DNA from: a virus
IMG/VR virus record: IMGVR_UViG_3300045974_000399
Span: 1 to 64,000 of that record
DNA length: 64,000 nucleotides
Direction: 5' to 3' (one strand)
Program-made: the position numbers and the translations under genes
The notes under the pieces: generated by a model
What the model was told of the DNA's origin: nothing
Databases searched by the model: none
What the model saw: the letters and a program-made list of their open reading frames with translations, nothing else
Shown: piece by piece, positions 9,573 to 18,816 of the stretch
Position numbering within the stretch: the first letter of the stretch is position 1
Layout of the letters: every line of letters begins with the position of its first letter

Positions 9573-10583
9573 TTAAGCATGATGCTTATGCTTTTTACCG
9601 TGCTTTTTTGCCTTTTTCTTGTGCTCGGGCTTGACTGTTTTCCCAGCCTTATCTGCAAGTTCAGGGTGCTTCTTAGCCAGCATTTCCGCCATCTTCTTGG
9701 GGTCCTGTGACTTTATCCACTCAGCCATATCCTCAGATGTATCTGCTACTTGAGTTTCTAGGCTTTTGCCCTTCCCCTTCTTTCCGCGCTTAATTACATC
9801 TTCTGTTGACTCCTGCCCTTCCCCACTACTACCGCCTGGATAAACCCACTGCACAGGAAACTTGGTTACGACACGCTTCCCCTTTTCAAGCATGAACCCT
9901 TTTGGCTTCGCACCATCAGTCGGGGGTGTTATCGGGATTAGCTCTCCCTTTTCACCCTTCTTGTAGTAGTTTTCTTCTTCCTCGGTCTTTCCTCCATCAG
10001 TGTTCTTGTAGTCGAGATACGCGTCGCTCAACACAAGCGTGAAGGGCCCTAGAACAGCGAAAGCCGCAATAGTACCTAAGGTGCCCATTACGCCTATACC
10101 TACATGGCGCATTATCTTTTTCTGGGCATCCAGCTCCTCATCCGTAACTTCCTGACCGTTTGCTATCTTATTCAGAGCCCGACCCGCAAGCTTGGCGTCA
10201 CCAATTTCCTTGGTAATGGGAGATACTGCTTGTTTTGCACTTTCCCGTATCGCCGACTTTACTAGGCCCCACTTGCCAACGCCTTTGCCTTTATCAGGTA
10301 TAACGTTAGTAGTATCAGCTTTATCTTGAGGCTTTACGGTCTCCTCAGCGGGTATAATCTCTGGAACACTTTTCTCCAGGGTTACTTGTTCAGATTGCTT
10401 GGCATCTTGTTTAAGCGTCTTTTGCTTAATGTCATCCAAGATAGACTTCTTTATCTGAATAGTGTGCTTACCCTTAGGGTGTTTGGCGATGTACCGCTTA
10501 CGGAAAGCAATAGATCGGTGCTCCCACCACTCTTTACCTCCGCCAAGTTCTACGTAACGTATGGAGCATCCGACTATCTTCAT
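9573..10583 (-). CDS. hypothetical Lys-rich protein with one TM segment (possible internal virion protein)
   Basis: 336 aa; WW...YIAKHP N-terminal motif; central hydrophobic segment. Confidence 0.65.
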   Translation of the reverse strand: MKIVGCSIRYVELGGGKEWWEHRSIAFRKRYIAKHPKGKHTIQIKKSILDDIKQKTLKQDAKQSEQVTLEKSVPEIIPAEETVKPQDKADTTNVIPDKGKGVGKWGLVKSAIRESAKQAVSPITKEIGDAKLAGRALNKIANGQEVTDEELDAQKKIMRHVGIGVMGTLGTIAAFAVLGPFTLVLSDAYLDYKNTDGGKTEEEENYYKKGEKGELIPITPPTDGAKPKGFMLEKGKRVVTKFPVQWVYPGGSSGEGQESTEDVIKRGKKGKGKSLETQVADTSEDMAEWIKSQDPKKMAEMLAKKHPELADKAGKTVKPEHKKKAKKHGKKHKHHA

Positions 10584-10738
10584 TTCTTATGTCCCCCTAC
10601 ACTTTCGGTAGTTTTATTACTACTATCCTTGAACGTATAGCCTGTATCGAATACCAGGCAGTATAGAACCAGGATTATCCCTGCCAAGATAAAAAACACA
10701 ATCGGACCTATATTTGAACCCCTACTAATTTTGGCCAT
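10580..10738 (-). CDS. small membrane protein (52 aa, not in the ORF track)
   Basis: MAKISRGSNIGPIVFFILAGIILVLYCLVFDTGY...; AGGGGTG RBS; stop overlaps next ATG (ATGA). Confidence 0.55.
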   Translation of the reverse strand: MAKISRGSNIGPIVFFILAGIILVLYCLVFDTGYTFKDSSNKTTESVGGHKK

Positions 10739-10755
10739 CGTGCCACCCCTTAGAG

Positions 10756-13191
10756 CTAAATGGAAATACCTTTTTTGGCGAGTATTTTCTTGAACTGTTC
10801 AACGCCAATAACTGATACCCCAGATTTTCTAGCTTTGTCTAGCTTACCCCCGGATTCACTTGGGTCTTTAGCTATGAGGTATGTAGTCTGTGCTGACACA
10901 GACCCACTAACAATTCCACCATTATCCTCAATAACCTTTTCCAAGGTCTTATCCCTGAATCCTGTGAAAACAATCCGTGCATCCTGCAAACCTGTTCCCG
11001 CAGCTCTTTCAGGTTTCTTACCGAGCTTTATAACCTTTGCGTTGGCTTTAAGGAACGTGTTGAACTGCTTTATTCCATCCCCAAACTGAATAGAGAAGTT
11101 CTTGAAACCAGGGATTTGAGATACCTCTTCTTTAACCTCACGCTTTGTTTTACCTGTCCAGCGTGAAAACATCTCATCCCCGTACACTCGGTACAGGGCT
11201 TTCATTCTACGTGTTCCGAAGTTACGCCCAAAATAGGGCAACGCCGCAGCCAGGATGTAAATAGGTATACCGTCCAAACCTTTACGAATATTCTCAAATA
11301 TGTTTTCTGCTGACTTCTGCTGGAAACCTTCGATGCCTTTTATGTTACTGATAGACATATTTAGAACTTTGTCCACGGTATCATAGCCCGCATGATAAAA
11401 CTTGTCTACCACGCCTGGACCAATGTCATCGACTCCAATGGACTTGAAGAAAAAGAGTATCTGCTTTATCTTGACTGCAGAATGCTCTGACTCTGAACCG
11501 CTGGTAACAACCAGGTCAACATAGGTTTCATTCCAGTCGTAGTCGCCAAAGCCTTCCTTGTCTGGCATCTGTGCTCGTGCTGCTTTCGTCACCACCTTAA
11601 GAATATGCGGGATTACATCTCCAGCGCGAGTTATCAAAACTTTGGCGCCAGGCCCTACCTTGTTGTCCAGAATGAACTTAGCGTTAAAGGCAGTGGCCTT
11701 ATTGACCCTTACCCCGCCTAGACGTGTAGGCACTATCCAGACTCTGGGTTTGATGAAACCATCTTTGCTCAAGCGCCACTCAACATGGTCAACTATGGCC
11801 TCGACTTGTTCGGTATCTCCAGTCTTAAAAGCGCGAGCGTATCTGGGTTTAAGTTCCTCTGTTTCATTCCCTAACTTCTTACGAATCAGTGCGGAGTTAA
11901 CCTCAACCACCGCGCCATCCATCTCATAGTCAGCTTTCTTTCGGCGCGCGTTGACGTACTCAACCAGCATTCCTTCATTTAGATCTTTGGCTGGAACCAC
12001 CGCGTAGGGTACGATAGAGAAGCCCCACTTCTTCAGGGTCTTAAGCTGCGTTTCTTTATCCATTGTGGATTCTTCAGACATAATGCAGTACGCAGTAACT
12101 GTCATTTTGGGAAGAACGCGCAGATCCGCAGCATTACGATTAAACATACCTCCAGCCATATTGCGTGCTGTGGTATAGGGTTCTTTCGTTCTTTCGTTCT
12201 TGAAAACTACCTTTTTCAGGGCCTCAAACGCAGAATTCCCCAGCATACCTTCTGCCCTAACCGATACATCCTTGGTGGTCTCGGGTATCTTCTTTGGTAC
12301 CCCTGGGATGCTTTGAACATGTCTTAACACGTCTTGACCCACTAAGCCATCCCCACGAGTAGTGGCGGCAGTCAAGGCACCTGTACCTTTTTTGTATTTG
12401 AGCTGTAAACTTATTCCATCAAGCTTATCCGAAAGTACGTACTTGGAGTCCTTTGCTTTGGCCACCCACGCACCTACGCTCTTATTATCTGGCTTTGTCT
12501 TGCGAAGGCTACCCATCGGGTATTCAAGCGTAACGCGCTTTTCACTCTTGGCTACAGGCGCTCCAACCTTCTCCAGAAGCTTAGCCTGCTTAGGGTCTCT
12601 CCTGATTATTATTTCTTTCAGAGCATCATACTGGTTATCTGTCAGCGTAGACTCTTTAGTTTTCACATTATGGTAGTTTCTGTTTGCTGTGGTCGCAGTA
12701 GACATGAGCAATTCAATCGGCAGCTCTTCGCCTGATAGGTAGCGCCCTGCAGCACAAACCAACGTAGGATTCCTGGTTATGGCATACAAAGGAAGAACCT
12801 TATTCAGGTCCTCCTGCGTGAAAGACGCTAGGGTCTTTAATAGGGTCTTGAACACAATTTTTTGGTTGGGTAAAGCTTTGGTTATAATCCGTATCGTTCC
12901 TAGAGGCTTCTTGTTCAGAAGTTTACGAAGGAATATATCAGCAGGGTCTACCTTGGTTAGTCTAGCCGAAAACATACCTTCTGTTTGATACAGAATAAGG
13001 CACTCTCCGGCTTCGTTTATATTCACGGCCAGCGGGGTAAAGAATACCTGTGTTTTTTCCAGGGTGGACTTATACCTGGAGCCCACAAGTATCTCAGTCT
13101 TCCTAACCATAACTTTTGCGGTCTGAAATGTTTTGAGGGCCTTGGTAATGTCCCGCGTAAACAACAAATCCTTTAGGGCTATCTTGGACAC
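10756..13191 (-). CDS. ligA: NAD+-dependent DNA ligase with N-terminal extension
   Basis: KLDG adenylation motif, TRGDG, RNMAGG, DGAVV, RAGDVIP, HhH repeats and C-terminal BRCT. Confidence 0.95.
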   Translation of the reverse strand: MSKIALKDLLFTRDITKALKTFQTAKVMVRKTEILVGSRYKSTLEKTQVFFTPLAVNINEAGECLILYQTEGMFSARLTKVDPADIFLRKLLNKKPLGTIRIITKALPNQKIVFKTLLKTLASFTQEDLNKVLPLYAITRNPTLVCAAGRYLSGEELPIELLMSTATTANRNYHNVKTKESTLTDNQYDALKEIIIRRDPKQAKLLEKVGAPVAKSEKRVTLEYPMGSLRKTKPDNKSVGAWVAKAKDSKYVLSDKLDGISLQLKYKKGTGALTAATTRGDGLVGQDVLRHVQSIPGVPKKIPETTKDVSVRAEGMLGNSAFEALKKVVFKNERTKEPYTTARNMAGGMFNRNAADLRVLPKMTVTAYCIMSEESTMDKETQLKTLKKWGFSIVPYAVVPAKDLNEGMLVEYVNARRKKADYEMDGAVVEVNSALIRKKLGNETEELKPRYARAFKTGDTEQVEAIVDHVEWRLSKDGFIKPRVWIVPTRLGGVRVNKATAFNAKFILDNKVGPGAKVLITRAGDVIPHILKVVTKAARAQMPDKEGFGDYDWNETYVDLVVTSGSESEHSAVKIKQILFFFKSIGVDDIGPGVVDKFYHAGYDTVDKVLNMSISNIKGIEGFQQKSAENIFENIRKGLDGIPIYILAAALPYFGRNFGTRRMKALYRVYGDEMFSRWTGKTKREVKEEVSQIPGFKNFSIQFGDGIKQFNTFLKANAKVIKLGKKPERAAGTGLQDARIVFTGFRDKTLEKVIEDNGGIVSGSVSAQTTYLIAKDPSESGGKLDKARKSGVSVIGVEQFKKILAKKGISI

Positions 13192-13200
13192 AAGTCACCT

Positions 13201-13647
13201 CTAGACGTGAATTAGATATACTATTTCCAGCGCTGTTACTCCTGTTGCGATATCTCCTGCGGTATTGTCAATCACCAAGTAGATGCTTTCCTCAGGAAGA
13301 TTAGAACCTGAATATACCGCCTTTCCATCTACTTTACAGAATAGGTTATATAAGCCGGAGTTAAGGCTTACTTTAGAGATGGCTTTTGCCTGAAAGATCA
13401 TGTCAATAGATGGTACTTTGGCTGAGGGCCAAGCGACCAAAGACACGGTGTAGTCAGAAGACTCAGACTCAATCTTAAACTCCGTCAAAATACCCTTATA
13501 GGTCTGGACAGGTAACTCTATAGGAAGAGACACCGCGCCAACGTCCACACTAGGTAAAACAAATCTCCGGATTTCATTGTACGCGGCACCATTTAGTTCA
13601 ATCATGTTGGAAAATACTTGCCGGACTATCGGTAATGTCGGGTTCAT
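13201..13647 (-). CDS. hypothetical (probable virion) protein
   Basis: 148-aa ORF with AAGGAG RBS in the late operon. Confidence 0.6.
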   Translation of the reverse strand: MNPTLPIVRQVFSNMIELNGAAYNEIRRFVLPSVDVGAVSLPIELPVQTYKGILTEFKIESESSDYTVSLVAWPSAKVPSIDMIFQAKAISKVSLNSGLYNLFCKVDGKAVYSGSNLPEESIYLVIDNTAGDIATGVTALEIVYLIHV

Positions 13648-13656
13648 GTGGGCTCC

Positions 13657-15174
13657 TTATTCCCAGGAATTTACTTCTATTTCAACTATATGAGCTACCG
13701 CTGTTTGATTCCGTATCATTAAGCTATCGAATGACGCCGACCCAACCGCATTACGTTTACCTGCTACTAGATAAGCGATTATCTCATCTGCCATAAAGCT
13801 AGCTTGATAAACGAATGTAGTTGGACTACTGACATTCCAGAGATACAGATTTAATCGGTCAAGAGGAACCTGAATTAAGGCCAGCGAATAATTTTGACCG
13901 GGGCCTATTTCATACTGAGCACTTATTATCCTTCTCCATGATTTGCCATTAAGAAGCAACGCATTTGAGCCATACCCAGGTTCACCTTGAAATCCTTGGT
14001 GACCTTGAGGGCCCTGTGTCCCAGCGCGGTCTACCTTAACTATGGTTGTGAGTATAGCAGAAGGACTTTCACCTATTACTGTTGTAGGATTTTCAACACG
14101 AGCAGCATAGTAAGTACGTCCCACTTGCAGTCGATAGTTCTTGTTTAGATCCTGGATATCCACCATAAACTCTGCTATCGTCGGCTGACAATCTACATCG
14201 CTTTCACTAGAACCAAACCCTGCGCTAACGCCTAGGGTGCGTGTTCCATCATGTAAGCGCAATGCCGACCAGCCGTTTTGACCTAAGAGTTTAAGGCTAG
14301 TAGATACGTTATAAACCCCAACCTCTGTAAAGTTAAGAATAGGCCCGCTAAAGAGTATGCCATTGGTGGGTCCTGACTTAGACCAGATTATGTCTGTCCA
14401 CATGTTTGCCGGAAACGTCAGCATATCTGCGAAGAGCTGAGTGTAGATCAAAAGCGTGGTTCCGCCTTGAGTACCCTGAAGCCCGCGAAAGCCTTGCGCT
14501 CCGTCTACACCCTGCACCCCTTGAACACCTTGATAGCCGCGTACACCTTGTGAACCCTGATGACCTTGTGAACCTTGGACACCGCGAAAGCCTTGTGCTC
14601 CATCTCCTCCAGATTCTCCAGTTGAACCCTGTGGACCCTGTGAACCCTCCGACCCCTGTGGGCCCTGAACTCCAGTATCGCCCTGGGTTCCAACGGGTCC
14701 TTGATGACCTTGAACACCTTGTGCTCCGGTATCACCTTGCGAGCCTTGCCCTCCACTTGTTCCAGATAACCCCTGTGAACCCTGATGACCTTGTACGCCG
14801 TCAATACCAGAAAATCCTTGTGGGCCTTGATATCCTTGTGGGCCTTGTGGGCCCCTTTCACCTTGAAAGCCGTCCTCTCCTGCTTTACCTTGTGGTCCAC
14901 TAGAACCTTGTGCTCCAGAAAAACCCTGTGAACCTTGCGGGCCCCTAAATCCTTGTACGCCTTGCCGACCCTGATAGCCTTGCGGGCCCTGGGGACCTGT
15001 TGTTGGGCCGCCTGGATTAAGGTCGATAATTGTAATCATTCCCTCACTACGAGCACGCCAAATGTCAACGGTTATAACTTCAGTTTGTATCGCCTCTCCT
15101 GGGTATAGGGTTTCTCCATCCAAAAAAGATATGCCGCCCGTTCCAGCTAAAGCAGTTGCAGTAATTTTATACAT
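13657..15174 (-). CDS. collagen-like (Gly-X-Gln) fibre protein
   Basis: ~60 uninterrupted G-X-Y triplets (Y mostly Gln), then a globular beta domain and a second short collagen segment. Confidence 0.9.
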   Translation of the reverse strand: MYKITATALAGTGGISFLDGETLYPGEAIQTEVITVDIWRARSEGMITIIDLNPGGPTTGPQGPQGYQGRQGVQGFRGPQGSQGFSGAQGSSGPQGKAGEDGFQGERGPQGPQGYQGPQGFSGIDGVQGHQGSQGLSGTSGGQGSQGDTGAQGVQGHQGPVGTQGDTGVQGPQGSEGSQGPQGSTGESGGDGAQGFRGVQGSQGHQGSQGVRGYQGVQGVQGVDGAQGFRGLQGTQGGTTLLIYTQLFADMLTFPANMWTDIIWSKSGPTNGILFSGPILNFTEVGVYNVSTSLKLLGQNGWSALRLHDGTRTLGVSAGFGSSESDVDCQPTIAEFMVDIQDLNKNYRLQVGRTYYAARVENPTTVIGESPSAILTTIVKVDRAGTQGPQGHQGFQGEPGYGSNALLLNGKSWRRIISAQYEIGPGQNYSLALIQVPLDRLNLYLWNVSSPTTFVYQASFMADEIIAYLVAGKRNAVGSASFDSLMIRNQTAVAHIVEIEVNSWE

Positions 15175-15189
15175 GGCGCGGCCCCAATG

Positions 15190-15846
15190 CTATAATGCAG
15201 TTATTGGTTCAATCAGACAGTGTATTCTGAAGTTTGAGTTTGGGGCGTAATTCCTATACCGATGATGTACCCCAGCTAACTTACCTGAGGCATTTCTTTC
15301 AGCTTCCACATTTGTACTTTTGACGGCAGTTTCAGGACCTGTGTTGCCGCCCCAAGTCCAGTTAGACATGGTGCTTACTCGCTGTGAAACAATCTCGATA
15401 TGCCCATTAAAATTCTCGCTTGGCAGTACACCCCTACCAGAAATGTGTATCGTCATATCACCTACTTTAGACGTACTTGATCCATTCATAAGCGACTTAG
15501 CGGTCTTGATACGCCATACAAAAGGATTCTGATTGGCTATTTTCAAGAACGTAGATACTCGGGCAACGCCTTTTGGCATAGGATTAGGTCCCTTATATAT
15601 TCTGGACGTATCTTTCCAGCATCTCTGGACGTAGGCCATACACCAAGCCAAGCCTACAGGTAACCCTAGGTCCTTTAGAAAAGAGTCAATCTCAGGGCTT
15701 CTATTATTCCCTTGATACTCACGGACATAGCTATAGCTAGATGCAATATTAACCAGTCTCGAACCTGTTTCAGGTGGAAGAGTAGCATTAGAAGATACTG
15801 GAGTTATGAAGAGAATAAAGATAGTGTAAAGGATGAGAGCTTTCAT
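15190..15846 (-). CDS. CHAP-type endolysin/peptidoglycan hydrolase with N-terminal signal peptide
   Basis: AWCMAYV catalytic Cys, GHIEIV His and GGNT; hydrophobic N-terminus. Confidence 0.8.
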   Translation of the reverse strand: MKALILYTIFILFITPVSSNATLPPETGSRLVNIASSYSYVREYQGNNRSPEIDSFLKDLGLPVGLAWCMAYVQRCWKDTSRIYKGPNPMPKGVARVSTFLKIANQNPFVWRIKTAKSLMNGSSTSKVGDMTIHISGRGVLPSENFNGHIEIVSQRVSTMSNWTWGGNTGPETAVKSTNVEAERNASGKLAGVHHRYRNYAPNSNFRIHCLIEPITAL

Positions 15847-15858
15847 TCCCTCCTCCTA

Positions 15859-16206
15859 TTACATCGCTGCTCGCGATATACAGTTTGATAGGGCATAGGC
15901 TAGCCCTGCTAGAAATATTGATCCAGATATATTCCGCTTAACGAATACTTCATCCAGAACATTGTATCCAAACCCCTTTAGTGCCCCGATAAGCATGAAG
16001 TATATAACCAAGAAAAACGCCACAGCACAAAGCTGTGCGGAAAACATGGCCATGGTATTACTTATCGTAGCAAAGCCATTGAAGATTATTGAACCGAAGA
16101 AAATCACAGACAGAATCAGGATAATAATCGTAAACTGCGACTGATTCCAGTTTTTGGGATTAAGCCGGGGTTTAATCCACATTAAGAGATTTAGCAAAAA
16201 GTCCAT
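15859..16206 (-). CDS. holin-like membrane protein (DUF350-like C-terminus)
   Basis: 3 predicted TM segments; immediately upstream of endolysin; AAGGAGG RBS. Confidence 0.55.
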   Translation of the reverse strand: MDFLLNLLMWIKPRLNPKNWNQSQFTIIILILSVIFFGSIIFNGFATISNTMAMFSAQLCAVAFFLVIYFMLIGALKGFGYNVLDEVFVKRNISGSIFLAGLAYALSNCISRAAM

Positions 16207-16239
16207 GGTTAAGCCTCCTTGAATCAATTTAACTACTAC

Positions 16240-16248
16240 CCTAAATTA
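16240..16248 (-). promoter_or_regulatory. putative late promoter motif TAATTTAGG
   Basis: recurs in late intergenic regions (16240, 25960, 45916, 56589, 61876). Confidence 0.5.
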
Positions 16249-16276
16249 TGAAGGTATTGGATTATGCTTATACAGA

Positions 16277-16312
16277 AATACCGGCGTTACTATTGAAAGT
16301 AACGCCGGTATT
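16277..16312 (-). terminator. terminator closing the baseplate-fibre-radical SAM operon
   Basis: aataccggcgttact/agtaacgccggtatt perfect 15-bp stem. Confidence 0.7.
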
Positions 16313-16328
16313 CTACACAGATAGTGCA

Positions 16329-17573
16329 CTATAAGCAAAGAGAGTCCATAGGTATCGGATAATTGAATCGGATATACATGGCGTAAGGCGCTAACAATCG
16401 GGTTAGTGGGCACACGTAAGTGTTGTACTTAAGGTTAGCCCAACACATGCCCCCGCATATCCAACGCGCTCCACAGTTATCTGTGCAAGGGGGACTAACT
16501 CGTTTGTCCAATAGCTCTGCCTGAAACAGCTTGGAGTCAAAGTCGTCTATGGTACAGAAATTAGCATCACTATCAGGCAAGGATGCGTATTCGTGACACA
16601 AAAATATCTTGCCAGAGTGACTTATGGATAACGAACTACTACACGATTCATAGTTAACTCCGTATGCCTCCAGCATATTCATTTTGGAAAGATAACGTCG
16701 AAAGATCGAGGCATTTATTGGTAATGTACCCGCTTCAATTTCCAATAATTCCTTTTCAATATCTTCCACAGGTATTTCTACGTTACTCTTTCCGCAGGTT
16801 GCGCCATTGGTATCAATCAGATTATATACAACTGGAACTATGCCTTCAAATTCCTTAGATTGACTCGCTCTAACTTCTGGCAATTCAGCCAGTCTGTCAA
16901 TTGGATACACCACCGAAACATTTAGCAAATGGTTAAATTCTGGGTACTTATCGACCAGGGTCTGTATTATCTCCCGAGTTTTATCTGTATTAGAATGACC
17001 TTCAAAATTACTTATGCAGAAGTCAAGGTTGACATACAAAAGAGTTTTAGTTGCTATAACCCACTCAACGAAGTCATCTGTTAATAGCGAACCATTTGTA
17101 AGTATAGTAACTCGGTTGAAATAGCTGGCAACTTCTTTAACCAGCTCAGGGTACAAAAGAGGCTCGCCCCCAGAGATGCAGACCTGCTTGAAGCTATTAT
17201 CAGGTAATATGCTTCGGAGCTTCTTTATCCAAGCGATATCGAACACGCTCTTTTTATCGGATCCGTTTTTACACGCATAGCAGAAACTACAATCCATATT
17301 GCACTCATTGGTTATGATGCAAAATCCTACTGCAGGGTCATGTGATAACTGTTCTCTCTGCCGCTGACAGTACAATTCACTTAATTCGGCTGTGTCATCT
17401 CGAGTTACATCTAAACCGTATTTTTCCAAAACATCTGCATCAGACAGCAGAGTTATCCTTTCCGCCTGAGCTCCCAAGACTACACTGAACTTATTGGTAC
17501 GAGGAGTGTATATCATAGTGTTGGCGTATTTATTCAGGCGTATGCCCACGTTAGTTTGATAATCAAAATCCAC
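16329..17573 (-). CDS. radical SAM/SPASM-domain protein (peptide-maturase type)
   Basis: CNMDCSFC, SGGEPLL, LTNGSL; SPASM Cys array C..GKIFLC..CxxxCxxxxxCGGxC..C; N-terminal RRE-like extension. Confidence 0.92.
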   Translation of the reverse strand: MDFDYQTNVGIRLNKYANTMIYTPRTNKFSVVLGAQAERITLLSDADVLEKYGLDVTRDDTAELSELYCQRQREQLSHDPAVGFCIITNECNMDCSFCYACKNGSDKKSVFDIAWIKKLRSILPDNSFKQVCISGGEPLLYPELVKEVASYFNRVTILTNGSLLTDDFVEWVIATKTLLYVNLDFCISNFEGHSNTDKTREIIQTLVDKYPEFNHLLNVSVVYPIDRLAELPEVRASQSKEFEGIVPVVYNLIDTNGATCGKSNVEIPVEDIEKELLEIEAGTLPINASIFRRYLSKMNMLEAYGVNYESCSSSLSISHSGKIFLCHEYASLPDSDANFCTIDDFDSKLFQAELLDKRVSPPCTDNCGARWICGGMCWANLKYNTYVCPLTRLLAPYAMYIRFNYPIPMDSLCL

Positions 17574-18816
17574 TTAAAGCCTCCTGTTTAGTTTTATCCT
17601 TCATGGATAACCAAAGATTATATGCCATCAGAGTGACATGTAGTGAACACGCGTCTTCTGAGGCATCAGATACAAAATGACAACGGGCAGTACAGGAATA
17701 TATTAGAGGGCATGTCCGACATTTAAGGGGAAGAGCAGCACACTTAGGCGTTAGTATGTGATCTTCACAATTGGTACCTTGAGATGCACACTCAGAACAG
17801 GATGTTACTTCCATCAACTGCCGAGTATGCTGCTGAGGGTTATCTGAGGTTTGCTCCAAACCAGCATACAAGCAATGCGTATACTTATAGTCTCCAACCA
17901 AAACCAACCTGTTTATATTGCAATTCAAGGTGGGCCGGCTTGGGTTATTTCTTAAGTAGTTTAGGCCTCTGATGTCTGCTGATTTGAAGTTTTGTGCGGC
18001 AGATTGCTCAGGGACGCTATCAACTAAGTCCTGTATAAATCGGTTCATGTTCATATTGTACGGAGGATTAATCTTGTGGTCGGATACCTTGGAGATAACT
18101 ATGTCGGTATTCTTTAGCTTACGGAGCCTCTCAAAGATGTGTAGAATTTCACCTGATCTACCTGGTAAGACGTTCAACACAAAGACAAGATTATCATTAG
18201 GAATGGGGTCAAAATAGTCGTATGACAATCTACTGAATTCTTGGTCAAAGTTATCTACATTTAGTGACCTGAGGATCAGGATCTTTGTAGGTAGTATTCG
18301 GATAAAACCCATCAAGTCATCATCCAAGTTAAGGCCATTAGTGAATAGTGTAATGCTATCAAAAGAGTGATACACACCCAACAATAGATTCTTTAATGCC
18401 CCCTTGTCAATAGTAGGCTCACCCCCAAAGATATGTAAGTCTCGTATACTAGGATATAGCTCTTTATGCTTTAAGATGTGAGTAACGGACGCAAAGTCAG
18501 CTACGGGTCTATTCCTACTCAGACAATACTCGCAGCTTAGATTGCACTCTGAGTTTGATACTACCAACGTAGTGTACTTTATTTCCTTTCGGTCTAGAGT
18601 ATTGGCATAAAAGATTTGTCTCTGCTTAGGCGTTACCTCTTTTAGGTACACGCTACAAAACTGAACGTCTTCTATGCCCTCGCTGGATATTGAGATCAAA
18701 GGACTTACTTCAGCAAAGTTATCAAAAAGTATGTGACCATCTTTGACTTTTATTATGAACCCAGAAGTAACATCAGACAGAGCAATTAAGTTGTTTTTGG
18801 TTATTGCAGGAATCAT
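17563..18816 (-). CDS. radical SAM/SPASM-domain protein
   Basis: CNLSCEYC, FGGEP, FTNG; Cys-rich C-terminus CSEC..C..C..CRTCPLIYSCTARC..C. Confidence 0.9.
   Translation of the reverse strand: MIPAITKNNLIALSDVTSGFIIKVKDGHILFDNFAEVSPLISISSEGIEDVQFCSVYLKEVTPKQRQIFYANTLDRKEIKYTTLVVSNSECNLSCEYCLSRNRPVADFASVTHILKHKELYPSIRDLHIFGGEPTIDKGALKNLLLGVYHSFDSITLFTNGLNLDDDLMGFIRILPTKILILRSLNVDNFDQEFSRLSYDYFDPIPNDNLVFVLNVLPGRSGEILHIFERLRKLKNTDIVISKVSDHKINPPYNMNMNRFIQDLVDSVPEQSAAQNFKSADIRGLNYLRNNPSRPTLNCNINRLVLVGDYKYTHCLYAGLEQTSDNPQQHTRQLMEVTSCSECASQGTNCEDHILTPKCAALPLKCRTCPLIYSCTARCHFVSDASEDACSLHVTLMAYNLWLSMKDKTKQEALSGF

Noticed and set aside
14460-15000. 9-bp-periodic repeats resembling a tandem array or CRISPR
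   Set aside because: Explained by collagen G-X-Q codons; no constant repeat with unique spacers
16329-18816. Radical SAMs as QueE, NrdG or anaerobic sulfatase maturase
   Set aside because: No queuosine, nrdD or sulfatase genes nearby; they are too long and Cys-rich for QueE/NrdG, and the operon context points to the fibre. Not formally excluded.
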